Assembly: GCA_965372715.1 (NCBI GenBank) | Contig: CBDVDH010000040.1 | Location: forward strand, 1-36,697 | From: an uncultured bacterium | Lineage (GTDB): Bacteria > B130-G9 | Direction: 5' to 3' | Length of the DNA stretch: 36,697 nt | Shown here: positions 1-8,396 of the stretch, piece after piece | Position numbering within the stretch: position 1 is the first letter of the stretch | How the letters are laid out: each line of letters begins with the position of its first letter | Notes under the pieces: generated by a model | The model's database searches: none | Told to the model about the DNA's origin: nothing | Seen by the model: the letters and a program-made list of their open reading frames with translations, nothing else | Translations under genes and position numbers: made by a program

Positions 1-62
1 TGGCCCCGCTCTACAACCTCGTATGTGAAAGGTAAATAAGATACACTACACTAGCAGATCAG

Positions 63-118
63 AAGTTCCAAGTTCCAGGTTCCAAGTTGCAGGTTCCAGG
101 TTCCAAGTTGCAGGTTGC
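63..118. repeat. Tandem heptamer repeat, 8 x ARGTTSC
   Basis: AAGTTCC AAGTTCC AGGTTCC AAGTTGC AGGTTCC AGGTTCC AAGTTGC AGGTTGC, read directly. Confidence 0.9.
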
Positions 119-168
119 GCAATCCCAAATGCGAAGGCGGATGACGCTGCTGTTAGATAGTGCGTGCG

Positions 169-1962
169 TTATGGAACAGGACTGGGCTTGCGCATTCCCG
201 CCAACTCGTAGAGCTGAACTGGCGCCGATTTGCCCTTCAGCGGGATGGCCTTGGTGGGCCGAAGATCGAACATCTCTTTAGTGATGCTGTTGTATGTTGA
301 TGGGCCGACCAGTATCTGGTCCGGTAGAGCTTCGGTCTCGATTCTTTTGGCTGTATTGACGGGGGCGCCCAGGACGGTGTAGTCCATCCTTCTCAGGCAT
401 CCCACATCGCCCACAAGCACTCGGCCCGTGTTTATTCCTATTTTGACCTGAAACCGCATGTCTGGCGGTCTCCTGCTGTTGAGTCCCGTCAAGGCTTGCC
501 TCATTTCAAGAGCCGTCAAGAGCGCTCGTTCTGGATCATCCGAATGCGGAAACGGGACCCCGAAAACGGCGAGTATCTCGTCCGCGATATACTTGTCAAG
601 TGATCCTTCCCGCCTGAAGATCACATCTGTCATCTCGCTAAAATACTCGTTCAGCATGTTGCGGACGACTGCGGGCTTGTGCCTCTCGCAGAAGACGGTG
701 AAGTCCGTTATATCCGCAAAGAGGACCGTTACCTCGGCTTCGTGCACATCGAGTGCGTCCTCTTTCCCCTCAACTATCCTATCGATAACGGCTGGGGAGT
801 GGTATCGCGCCATCCTACGTCGGAAGTTTTCCTGTCTCCTGATCTCGCTATTCAGCTGCGCCCGGCTGATCGCGACTGCGGCGTGGTTACCGAGTGCTGT
901 GATCATGTCGAGGTCATCCTGGGTGAAGCGGTCGGAGGCGTCCGAAGTGTCCAAGTATATGAGGCCCAGCACAGCGTCGAGGTGAGAAAGCGGGACGCAC
1001 ATAGCTGACCTTATTCCCAGAAGCTTGACGCTCTCTTGGGACTTGAAGCTCGGGTCAACTAGGGCATCGTTGATCAGGACGGATTTCCTCTCCCTTAACG
1101 CCACGCCGGCAATGCTCTTGCTCAAAACAATCTTCTCACCAGCCTTAGCATCGCTGGCATACCTGACCTTTTGTGGTACCCACTCTCCGGTCTCGCCGTC
1201 CACAAGAATCATCACCCCGCGCTTCGCGCTAACGTTCTCAAAGACCAGGTCCATTACCTTCTCGAGCAGGTCATCAAGTGATGTTGCGGATATGAGCGCC
1301 TTGCTGGCCTGGTATAGGACGGAGAGCATCCGCGTCTTTTTTCTGAGTTGGGACATCTGAGGTGACTCTTTGCTGAGTTCCTCGGCGAGAGCTATGGGCG
1401 TGCCACCTGCGATCGGTCTCATGATCTCATCAACGGGTCGCATGATTGTCTTTCCCATGTCCAGCGATGAGTCCGAATCGGCTAATTCAACGAGAGAATG
1501 ATCGCCGCCGATCGAAAGCGTGGGCTGGTCAATTGCCGCGTCCTTCGGCCGTGCCGGAGGTCCATCGCCGCTTGGTGTGTATCCGGAAAGAACGAATATG
1601 AGCCTGTAATTGCCAATTGCGACAACGTCGCCCGACTCGAGCGTGGCCATATCGACCCGAAGCCCGTTCACATACGTCCCGTTCCTGCTTTCCAGGTCGG
1701 TCAGCTCGCAACGACCACCCGGATGAAGCTCCAGTTTGGCGTGGCGCCGGGACACGTTGGAGCCGGGGAGCGCGATATCGACGCCAAGCGTATTCTCAGC
1801 GACTCTCCGACCTACGAGATTGGTTCCGGTCGAAAGAAGGTGTTCGGTCTTTGCGGAGCCCGGCTCAATTATCATGAGTCTAGCCGATCCGCCGGTTGGC
1901 GAGACTGCGCCTTTGGCGAGCAACGCCTCGCCGGATGTTGGGCTAACTGCTGGCAGTGTCAC
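169..1962 (-). CDS. FHA-GAF-class III adenylate/guanylate cyclase
   Basis: FHA motifs (VGR, VSRRHA, SRNGTYVNG); GAF (IRSAMCVPL, LGLIYLD); cyclase motifs TVLFADI, DKYIADE, GINTG, YTVLGAPVNTAKRIE. The Lys and Thr at the specificity positions suggest ATP. Exact start uncertain. Confidence 0.92.
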   Translation of the reverse strand: MTLPAVSPTSGEALLAKGAVSPTGGSARLMIIEPGSAKTEHLLSTGTNLVGRRVAENTLGVDIALPGSNVSRRHAKLELHPGGRCELTDLESRNGTYVNGLRVDMATLESGDVVAIGNYRLIFVLSGYTPSGDGPPARPKDAAIDQPTLSIGGDHSLVELADSDSSLDMGKTIMRPVDEIMRPIAGGTPIALAEELSKESPQMSQLRKKTRMLSVLYQASKALISATSLDDLLEKVMDLVFENVSAKRGVMILVDGETGEWVPQKVRYASDAKAGEKIVLSKSIAGVALRERKSVLINDALVDPSFKSQESVKLLGIRSAMCVPLSHLDAVLGLIYLDTSDASDRFTQDDLDMITALGNHAAVAISRAQLNSEIRRQENFRRRMARYHSPAVIDRIVEGKEDALDVHEAEVTVLFADITDFTVFCERHKPAVVRNMLNEYFSEMTDVIFRREGSLDKYIADEILAVFGVPFPHSDDPERALLTALEMRQALTGLNSRRPPDMRFQVKIGINTGRVLVGDVGCLRRMDYTVLGAPVNTAKRIETEALPDQILVGPSTYNSITKEMFDLRPTKAIPLKGKSAPVQLYELAGMRKPSPVP

Positions 1963-1980
1963 TTGGCGCCCACGCGGCCT

Positions 1981-2463
1981 CTACATCTTGTATCTGCCAA
2001 AATCCTCGGGCTCCAAGCTCTTGAGAACCTCGAGCAGCTTGTCGCTCTCGCTAATATCCTGCGTCAAATCGACAACCGTCGTCTTTGAGAGGACCTCGTC
2101 GCTCACATAGATCGGCGCCGAACACCGCAGCGCTAGGGCAATCGCATCGCTTGGACGAGAATCGATTCCGATGACGGTCTTTCTGCACTTCAGGTAAAGG
2201 GTCGCGTAGTAAGTGCTATCCCTGAGATCGTTGATCTCTATTCTCAGAAGCTTCGCGCCCAACTCCCCCAGAGCGTTCTTCAATAGATCATGTGTCATCG
2301 GTCGAGGCGCTTGAATGTTCTCCATAGCGACAAAGATCGCGTTTGCCTCGGCGTGCCCGAGCCAGATCGGTATCATCCTCTTGTCTTCAACATCGACCAG
2401 AAGCACAATGGGGCTTTGTGTTACAGGATCAAGCGCTACCTTTCTCGGCTTGAACTCGATCAC
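1981..2463 (-). CDS. Bifunctional nuclease family protein (DUF151)
   Basis: IPIWLGHAEA, RPMTHDLL and IDSRPSDAIALALR motifs. GTG at 2463 after GAGG is preferred over the ORF-track start at 2523, because a promoter lies at 2511-2539. Confidence 0.9.
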   Translation of the reverse strand: MIEFKPRKVALDPVTQSPIVLLVDVEDKRMIPIWLGHAEANAIFVAMENIQAPRPMTHDLLKNALGELGAKLLRIEINDLRDSTYYATLYLKCRKTVIGIDSRPSDAIALALRCSAPIYVSDEVLSKTTVVDLTQDISESDKLLEVLKSLEPEDFGRYKM

Positions 2464-2510
2464 TTCCAGAACCTCTTCGTTCACTTTTAAGATCTGAGAC
2501 TTCATTGTAA

Positions 2511-2539
2511 AAGGTAGTCCCATGTCAAAGGTTTGTCAA
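2511..2539 (-). promoter_or_regulatory. Sigma-70-like promoter for the DUF151/cyclase genes
   Basis: Minus strand TTGACA (2539-2534), 17-nt spacer, TACCTT (2516-2511). Confidence 0.55.
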
Positions 2540-2540
2540 T

Positions 2541-2675
2541 TGCAGCGAGGACCTTGGTCAGAGTAAAACAGCGAGCCGCTTGCCGCAGGTCCCTGCGAGT
2601 GAATTCCAGACCCGGTATTGAACTGCCGGCCCATTGGTCAGAGGAGCCACATACCAGCAACTGAGCTCTCAATAC
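2541..2675 (-). ncRNA. Candidate structured RNA of unknown family
   Basis: Nested stems with G-U pairs on the minus strand: GTATTGAG/TTCAATAC and TTGCTGGT/GCCGGCAG. A second hairpin pairs GGACCT/AGGTCC. TTGGTCAGAG occurs twice. Confidence 0.3.
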
Positions 2676-3427
2676 GACAGCGAGTTCTTCTTCTCATCGA
2701 CAGTTACCCCGTCGGGAGGCACAAAGGCGAAAAGCGAATCGGCGAGCTCCCGATTGATCTCAGTTTTTGTGAAGCTGATTGCCGTCCTGTCGCCGTTTCT
2801 TTCTATGGAATGGAACCGAAGGGGTAATCCGGTTTCCCTACTAATCAGAATACGAAGCTCGGCAATAAGCCTTGCCATTGCCTCCTCTTTTGGCTTAAGC
2901 AGAACCTCGAAAGCGGCCTGTGTTTCAGCGGTCAGCTCGATCGAAAAGACGTCCGCCAGGTCGCAAAGCGGTCGCTCAAAGCCGAGGCAGAGCTTCTCAA
3001 AAGCACGACTTCTCGTCTTGAATTTCTCCATATCGTAAACTTCAGCCTGCTTCAATGCCGGGAAATAGAGCCATATTCTTGTTCCATCGGAGATGGTGAA
3101 ACTCTCGTCGGGAGGCAAATAGTGCCAGATGAACTTCCGGCCAGCCTTATAGAAGAACTCCCCCTTCGAGACGACCGGTCCGGTCAGCATCGATAAGTGT
3201 TTCTCTTGGACAAACTCGGCTTTCACCGATCGCAGCTTGTCGATCTTGGCGCGGGTCCCCTCCAAGTGCCGCATTGCCGCTGCCTGTCGATTGCCGCTGG
3301 CGATCGAAGACCCTGACGATGGTGTTTCCTGCTTGCCATCGGGCGCCTCTGAAGCCATTGCCACGGCCCAGAAGACGAAGACAACAGACAGGAATGCGCG
3401 CAAATACGAGAGAGTCAGCCTGTTCAT
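2669..3427 (-). CDS. lolA: Outer membrane lipoprotein carrier LolA family protein
   Basis: Signal peptide; AEFVQEK, G.FFYK..KFIWHY.PP, ISDG.RIWLY and C-terminal FAFVPPDGVTVDE; ATGA overlap with the upstream gene. Confidence 0.85.
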   Translation of the reverse strand: MNRLTLSYLRAFLSVVFVFWAVAMASEAPDGKQETPSSGSSIASGNRQAAAMRHLEGTRAKIDKLRSVKAEFVQEKHLSMLTGPVVSKGEFFYKAGRKFIWHYLPPDESFTISDGTRIWLYFPALKQAEVYDMEKFKTRSRAFEKLCLGFERPLCDLADVFSIELTAETQAAFEVLLKPKEEAMARLIAELRILISRETGLPLRFHSIERNGDRTAISFTKTEINRELADSLFAFVPPDGVTVDEKKNSLSY

Positions 3428-4800
3428 TTGCCCGCGAAACTGTTTTGTGCCCTCACGGCAGTCTCGATCATCAAGGCGTCGAGGTCGCCGTCGCCGCCGA
3501 CAGCCTCGGGCACATTGTCCATAAAGACGACCTCAAGCCCATTGTCGATGGCGGTCCTGGCAGCCACATCGACTGAGGCGGCCTTTAGTTCCGTGATGAG
3601 AATATCGGCGTCGGGAAACTCCGATATCGCACTAGCGAGTTCCTTTCTCAGTCGCGGGCGGTTTGAGAGGCTGTGTGTTGTGAAAAGCACGTCGCAACCA
3701 TACACGGACGATAGATGGTCAGTTAACGTGCTCCGGGACGCAACCGGGGCGGTCGTTGCGACGATAGCCTTCTTCTGCGCCACATCGATCAATGGTTTTG
3801 GCCGAAAGACTGTCCAGACGACCTTGATTGCGGGGTTGACCTCTCTTATAGCCCTGTCCAGCCTCTCAACCTTGCTGCCGTCGGCGGACGGCGGTTCGCA
3901 GAGCGTTATGACCGCCAGACTCGCTCGGCGAATCCGATACGGCCCCATATATCCGGACACATATTCCAGCGGCTGGTTCGCGCCTACAACAGCGACAGTC
4001 TCGTCGGTTGCGACATCCGGGAACGAGGCGCCGCTGCCCTCAAAAATGATAAGGTTGACGGGCAGCTCGTTAGCTATTTGGACACCTCGGGCAATCGTCG
4101 AGGTGAACACCCTTCCCGAGAGCCCCCCACCGCAGCGCCGGCAACCGACGGTCGCTACCCGTGACACGAGGGCATCCTCGAAGTGATCGGACGAGGCGTG
4201 GACACCCTTTGCGCTCATGTCGAGAAGATAGCTCGGTGTTATCTCGAGCTCGTCGCCCCGTATCACCTCCGGCTCGGGAGGGCCGCCTCTTCCCATAGTC
4301 ACTATACAGGGTGCCCACGTCGTCTCGAACTCCCGCTCCTGACCGCTGAGAACACGCGCCATGTAAGCGGCGATGGCCGTCTTGCCGATCCTCTTGCCTG
4401 TGCCGATGACCGCAATCGACGGGTTGCGGCACATTTTGGGGAACTCAGGCGGAGTGAACTCGAAGTCGGGGCCTTTGTAAACCACGCCCAGGCTCAGAAT
4501 CTCACACGCCATCGCCATCCGCTCGTGATAGCCCACCACTGGTTCGTCTGAAAGATCGAAGACGACGTCCGGCTCAAACTCCTCTATCGCCTGACGAATC
4601 CCCGAAAGCGGCCCCTCGGGCACAATCACCGGGACGTTGAGCTGCCTCAAGTCCTCGGGCGTGCCGATCTTCTCTGTCCCGCCGATGAACACGGCCGCAA
4701 CCACCTGAGTGTCCGGCGCGCTCCCGAGCTCCTCTAGCGCCGCCTGCGTTACCGGCAGGTAGTGCTCGCCATCCACAAGCGCGACAACCCTTTCGACCAT
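3424..4800 (-). CDS. cpgS: Cyclic 2,3-diphosphoglycerate synthetase
   Basis: Family signatures LVDGEHYLPV, FIGGTEK, DLSDEPV, IGTGKRIGKT, MGRGGPPEPE, ASSDHFEDAL, GCRRCGGG, EGSGA, TELKAA; 458 aa. Confidence 0.88.
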   Translation of the reverse strand: MVERVVALVDGEHYLPVTQAALEELGSAPDTQVVAAVFIGGTEKIGTPEDLRQLNVPVIVPEGPLSGIRQAIEEFEPDVVFDLSDEPVVGYHERMAMACEILSLGVVYKGPDFEFTPPEFPKMCRNPSIAVIGTGKRIGKTAIAAYMARVLSGQEREFETTWAPCIVTMGRGGPPEPEVIRGDELEITPSYLLDMSAKGVHASSDHFEDALVSRVATVGCRRCGGGLSGRVFTSTIARGVQIANELPVNLIIFEGSGASFPDVATDETVAVVGANQPLEYVSGYMGPYRIRRASLAVITLCEPPSADGSKVERLDRAIREVNPAIKVVWTVFRPKPLIDVAQKKAIVATTAPVASRSTLTDHLSSVYGCDVLFTTHSLSNRPRLRKELASAISEFPDADILITELKAASVDVAARTAIDNGLEVVFMDNVPEAVGGDGDLDALMIETAVRAQNSFAGK

Positions 4801-4812
4801 TCCACTGTCTCC

Positions 4813-6225
4813 CTACTTCTCGTAATCGTGCAGGACTATGCGCCTAAAGATCGAGAAAAACGCCCGTACGTGCATCACAAGCTCCTTACGAGAAGTTATC
4901 CTCATCGCTCGCCTGAGTATATAGCTCGGGCGAAGGTAGAACTCCCGATACGCGCGGCTGCGAAGCTCCCAGACCTTCTCCGTCGAGAGATTCCCGGTCC
5001 GCACGTTCGGGCGCGAAACGTCGTCAAACAGGTCCCACTCAGTAAGAACAGTCCCGTCGCTGCGCACCGCCTCGCCCAGCTTGGTCCCCGGATGTGGCAT
5101 CGGAAGCGAGAACGCCGCAACGTCGCAGTTGAGCTCCTTTGCAAACGCGATCGTCTTGAGCACCGTCTCCTCCGTCTCGCCCGGCATCCCGATTATGAAA
5201 AAGCCATTCGTCGTGATCTTGTGCTCCTGACAGAGAGCAAAGGCGCGCCTCGTCCGCTCGAGCGTTATCCCCTTCGACATCGTCTGAAGGATGCGTTCAT
5301 CGCCGCTCTCAACGCCGAATTGGATGCTGTGGCACCCCGCTTGCTTCATCAGCCTTACCCGCTCCTCGTCGATTATATCGACACGGGACTGGCACATCCA
5401 GACGAGGCCCAGCCTCGCGTCGATCATCTTCTGGCAAAGCTCCCTTAGGTGCTCGCAGTTGGCCCCAAAGCTCGAATCTTGAAACAGTACTTCTTTGACG
5501 CCGAGCGACTTGATGAACCGCAATTCCTCGATCACGTTGTCAACGTCCCTGAGCTTGAAACCGAGTGTCCCCGGGATGCAAAACGTGCATTTGAATGGGC
5601 AGCCCATGCTCGTCAAAACCGCCGTATAGACCCGGTGCTTCGACAGCGGGAACATATACCTCTTCAGCGGAAACAGATCGTGCCTCGGCACCGGATACGA
5701 GAACCGCTTGTGATGCTCGCGTTCGCGCTTGATAATCGCTCCATCCTTGCGAAATATGAAGCCCTTGAGATTCTCGTCATCACCTCGAAGGTAGTCCAAG
5801 ATGTCCGGCTCCGTGAAATCAAGCATCACGGCGTCAATATGCGGGAACTGCTCCATCGCACTCTCGCCCTTGAAGAGAAGGAACCCGCCGTTGGCGATCG
5901 TGGTCATGCCGAGCTCTTCTTTCAGCCGCTTCACAAAAGCAAAATCCCTATCCCACGACGCGGAGCAGGTCAAGAAGATCACGATGTCCGCGGCCATCGC
6001 CTTGATGCGCTCAAAGCTCTCCTCAAACGACAGGTGTTCTGCTATCGCGTCGAGCACGAACAGCTCGTGATGGTCCTTCAAGTAGCCGCTCTGGACGAGC
6101 AGATCGACCTGCGGCCAGTAATAGCTGGTCTTGCTGACCGACGTGCAGTATTTGTCCCTGGCGTAGAGCTTCTCGCCCGGTGGATTGAGCAGCAATACTT
6201 TGCGACGGTTCATCTGGCGATTCAC
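4813..6225 (-). CDS. B12-binding domain radical SAM protein
   Basis: KVLLLNPP N-terminus, CxxxCxxC (GCPFKCTFC), FGVESG, FIIGMPGET, P.PGT. The start could instead be the ATG at 6213. Confidence 0.9.
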   Translation of the reverse strand: MNRQMNRRKVLLLNPPGEKLYARDKYCTSVSKTSYYWPQVDLLVQSGYLKDHHELFVLDAIAEHLSFEESFERIKAMAADIVIFLTCSASWDRDFAFVKRLKEELGMTTIANGGFLLFKGESAMEQFPHIDAVMLDFTEPDILDYLRGDDENLKGFIFRKDGAIIKREREHHKRFSYPVPRHDLFPLKRYMFPLSKHRVYTAVLTSMGCPFKCTFCIPGTLGFKLRDVDNVIEELRFIKSLGVKEVLFQDSSFGANCEHLRELCQKMIDARLGLVWMCQSRVDIIDEERVRLMKQAGCHSIQFGVESGDERILQTMSKGITLERTRRAFALCQEHKITTNGFFIIGMPGETEETVLKTIAFAKELNCDVAAFSLPMPHPGTKLGEAVRSDGTVLTEWDLFDDVSRPNVRTGNLSTEKVWELRSRAYREFYLRPSYILRRAMRITSRKELVMHVRAFFSIFRRIVLHDYEK

Positions 6226-6395
6226 TTATCCCGCAACTTTCGAGAGCCTTTGCCTCTGCCCCTGTGAATGCAGTCGAAGTCCTTAGCCCGGCGAACTACC
6301 CTCGAAGGACCGCCGGCCACCGCCATCCCCGGCCGACACCCTGAAATCCCCAGCGGGTCTATAATCATAACCTTGAAATCGCTCTCTATCTCCAT
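6222..6395 (-). CDS. Possible 57-aa small ORF (below the track cutoff)
   Basis: GGAG-N6-ATG; MEIESDFKVMIIDPLGISGCRPG...KLRDK; its TGA overlaps the GTG of the radical SAM ORF. Confidence 0.3.
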   Translation of the reverse strand: MEIESDFKVMIIDPLGISGCRPGMAVAGGPSRVVRRAKDFDCIHRGRGKGSRKLRDK

Positions 6396-6502
6396 ACCTT
6401 GCTCCGAATTACCGCACGTCCTTGCCCCGTGCCGAGCCTCCTCAATTCTCCCCGATTATCCTTGCGGCAAGCGGCGCTGTCAAGGTTCTGGCATTACACC
6501 AT

Positions 6503-6519
6503 CCCGGATTGTTCATAAA
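6503..6519. mobile_element. IS1380-like terminal inverted repeat (3' end relative to the transposase)
   Basis: CCCGGATTGTTCATAAA matches the reverse complement of 11251-11267 at 14 of 17 positions. Confidence 0.7.
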
Positions 6520-6887
6520 CGGTGGAGATTGGGTTGTTGATCTGGTTTTGGGACAGGCTTTTGGGATTTTAGGTTGGATTGTTGGTGAGTTGATGGAGGG
6601 GCGGACGGCATTCTCCTCAGATTCAATGCTGAGATCGCTGCGATGCGCTTGATTCGTGCCCCTCTTACGTGATTTTTGCCGTAATAATCCCTGGATTGTG
6701 GCCCAACGGAGTTTTTGTGCTGGCTCGACGCTATGGACAATGTGCGGTTATCTGTTCGGGGCGAGTCGCTTGAACGGCCTTGGGGGCTCTCGGGCGTATA
6801 GGCGGCTGCGGGCTCCTGAGGCGCCGCCATCAGCAACGTCAGTTTTCGGCTGCTGTGCTGTTCAAATCCACATTATCCGCAGTAGAG

Positions 6888-8096
6888 CTAATCGAACCCA
6901 AGGGTCCTTTGAACTTGGGATTCCCGACTAGCCGCCGGCTGCTTCGTCAGAAGGTCCATCAGCTCCCACGCAACGTAAAGCTTCTTCCGTCCTCCCAAAC
7001 GCGATGGGCGAAGAATGCCGATTTCCCCAAGTCTCTCGACACCTGTCTTGACGGTGTTGTAAAGCCTACCCCACTTGCGGCTAATATCCCTGATTGAAAT
7101 ATAGGGATTGAAGAAGACCTCTTCCACAAGACGATGTGCCAGTTGTGGTATATAACTTGTCTTCTCAAGCCTTTCTCTGTAATTCTTGCGCAGCTCCAGC
7201 ATCTCACTTGCCACCGAGAGAGCGTTCCTAGCTTGCGCGATAACACCTTGCATGAAGAATTCAAGCCATCCCTGCCAGTCGCCCTTCTGACTCACCGCCA
7301 GAAGTCTGGAGTTATATCCATCTCTGTCTCTCTCAAAGAACTCGGATAGATACAATAGAGGTTGACTGAGTATCCTTTTGCGCACCAGGTAATACGTTAT
7401 CAATAGCCTTCCGACGCGACCATTGCCATCATCAAATGGATGTATCGCCTCAAACTGATAGTGCATCAGCGCGCATCGCACCAAATCAGGCTCCTTTGCC
7501 TCGGCATTGAGATAGCTCTCCCATGCCGTCAAACACTCAGACACGTGTGTCTCAGGAGGTGGAACGTATCTGGCTCCCGACAATCCCGGGCTCTTGGAGC
7601 CTATATAAACCTGACTCTGTCGTAGCTGCCCGGGTTCCTTCGACGTTCTGTCCACACCGAGCATCAGAACCTCGTGAATGGACCTGACCAGCCAAGTAGT
7701 TATCAGAGGAAGGCCCTCCCGCGGTTCAAGCGAGAATTCCATAGCCCGCACGTAGTTTATGACCTCCTGGACGTCGGGGCCAAGGGGCTTCCCTTCGGAA
7801 ACCTCTGACAGGTAGAGCTCCGAGAGTGTACTCTGCGTTCCCTCAATCCGGCAGCTCGCTAGGGCCTCACGCCTCAAATAGGGCCGAATCAGAAGATATG
7901 GGTTGTCCATCCGGAGGCCCTCCCGCGACAACTCCCCGAGCGCACCTCGCGCGTCTTGCAGCAGTGAGATCAATTCGTGACCATAATCCACGTGAGGAGG
8001 CAATGGGTCTGGGATGAACGCCCAGGACGGCCCCTCATTGGTATTTACTTCAACGCACGTACCCGGCGCGGATTTTGTGAAGTCCTCGCGATTCAA
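6888..8096 (-). CDS. Fic family protein (AMPylase) with N-terminal inhibitory motif and likely C-terminal HTH
   Basis: Canonical HPFDDGNGRVGR; SCRIEG matches (S/T)xxxE(G/N); PLLYLS. TTG at 8096 after AGGAGAAAGGA is preferred over the track start at 8195. Confidence 0.93.
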   Translation of the reverse strand: MNREDFTKSAPGTCVEVNTNEGPSWAFIPDPLPPHVDYGHELISLLQDARGALGELSREGLRMDNPYLLIRPYLRREALASCRIEGTQSTLSELYLSEVSEGKPLGPDVQEVINYVRAMEFSLEPREGLPLITTWLVRSIHEVLMLGVDRTSKEPGQLRQSQVYIGSKSPGLSGARYVPPPETHVSECLTAWESYLNAEAKEPDLVRCALMHYQFEAIHPFDDGNGRVGRLLITYYLVRKRILSQPLLYLSEFFERDRDGYNSRLLAVSQKGDWQGWLEFFMQGVIAQARNALSVASEMLELRKNYRERLEKTSYIPQLAHRLVEEVFFNPYISIRDISRKWGRLYNTVKTGVERLGEIGILRPSRLGGRKKLYVAWELMDLLTKQPAASRESQVQRTLGFD

Positions 8097-8192
8097 TTTC
8101 CTTTCTCCTGGCTTCTCAAGCTTGTCGCATATTTCCGGACAAGACCGTTCTGCCAGAGATTGTACATCTCTGGGCGAATGAAACGAACTACG

Positions 8193-8366
8193 CATTACAG
8201 AATCATGTCAATTTCTGTAATGACTCGGCTGATTATTACAGCAGCTGTAACAGAGAATAGGGCTATTACAGAATCATGTCAAATTCTGTAATGACTTGGT
8301 TGATTATTACAACAGCTGTAATAGAGAACAGAGCTGTTACAGAATGTTACCAAATTCTGTAACAGC
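8193..8366. repeat. AT-rich tandem array of ~2.4 x 71 bp built from TTACAG/CTGTAA inverted repeats
   Basis: Units start at 8194, 8265 and 8336. Long stems at 8193-8222, 8265-8292 and 8333-8366; short palindromes at 8236-8250 and 8306-8322. Confidence 0.9.
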
Positions 8367-8396
8367 CGAGCGCGGGACGGAAGCGTTCGGTGGCCC

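Noticed and set aside
2570-2671. Selenocysteine readthrough of the lolA TGA
   Set aside because: LolA is already complete at the stop, and the in-frame extension looks meaningless
2587-2770. Complete 6S RNA gene
   Set aside because: Only short motif resemblance; a ~180-nt rod would run into lolA, and no complementary closing arm was found
3428-6267. Long plus-strand ORFs (3428-4186, 4762-5448, 5449-6267)
   Set aside because: Antisense shadows of well-supported minus-strand genes in GC-rich DNA
6422-6931. Short ORFs between the radical SAM gene and fic
   Set aside because: No recognisable motifs; the region includes the IS end, and I could not recover a transposase C-terminus
8193-8366. CRISPR array
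   Set aside because: The segments between the palindromes are near-copies of each other rather than unique spacers, there are only ~2.4 units, and there are no cas genes
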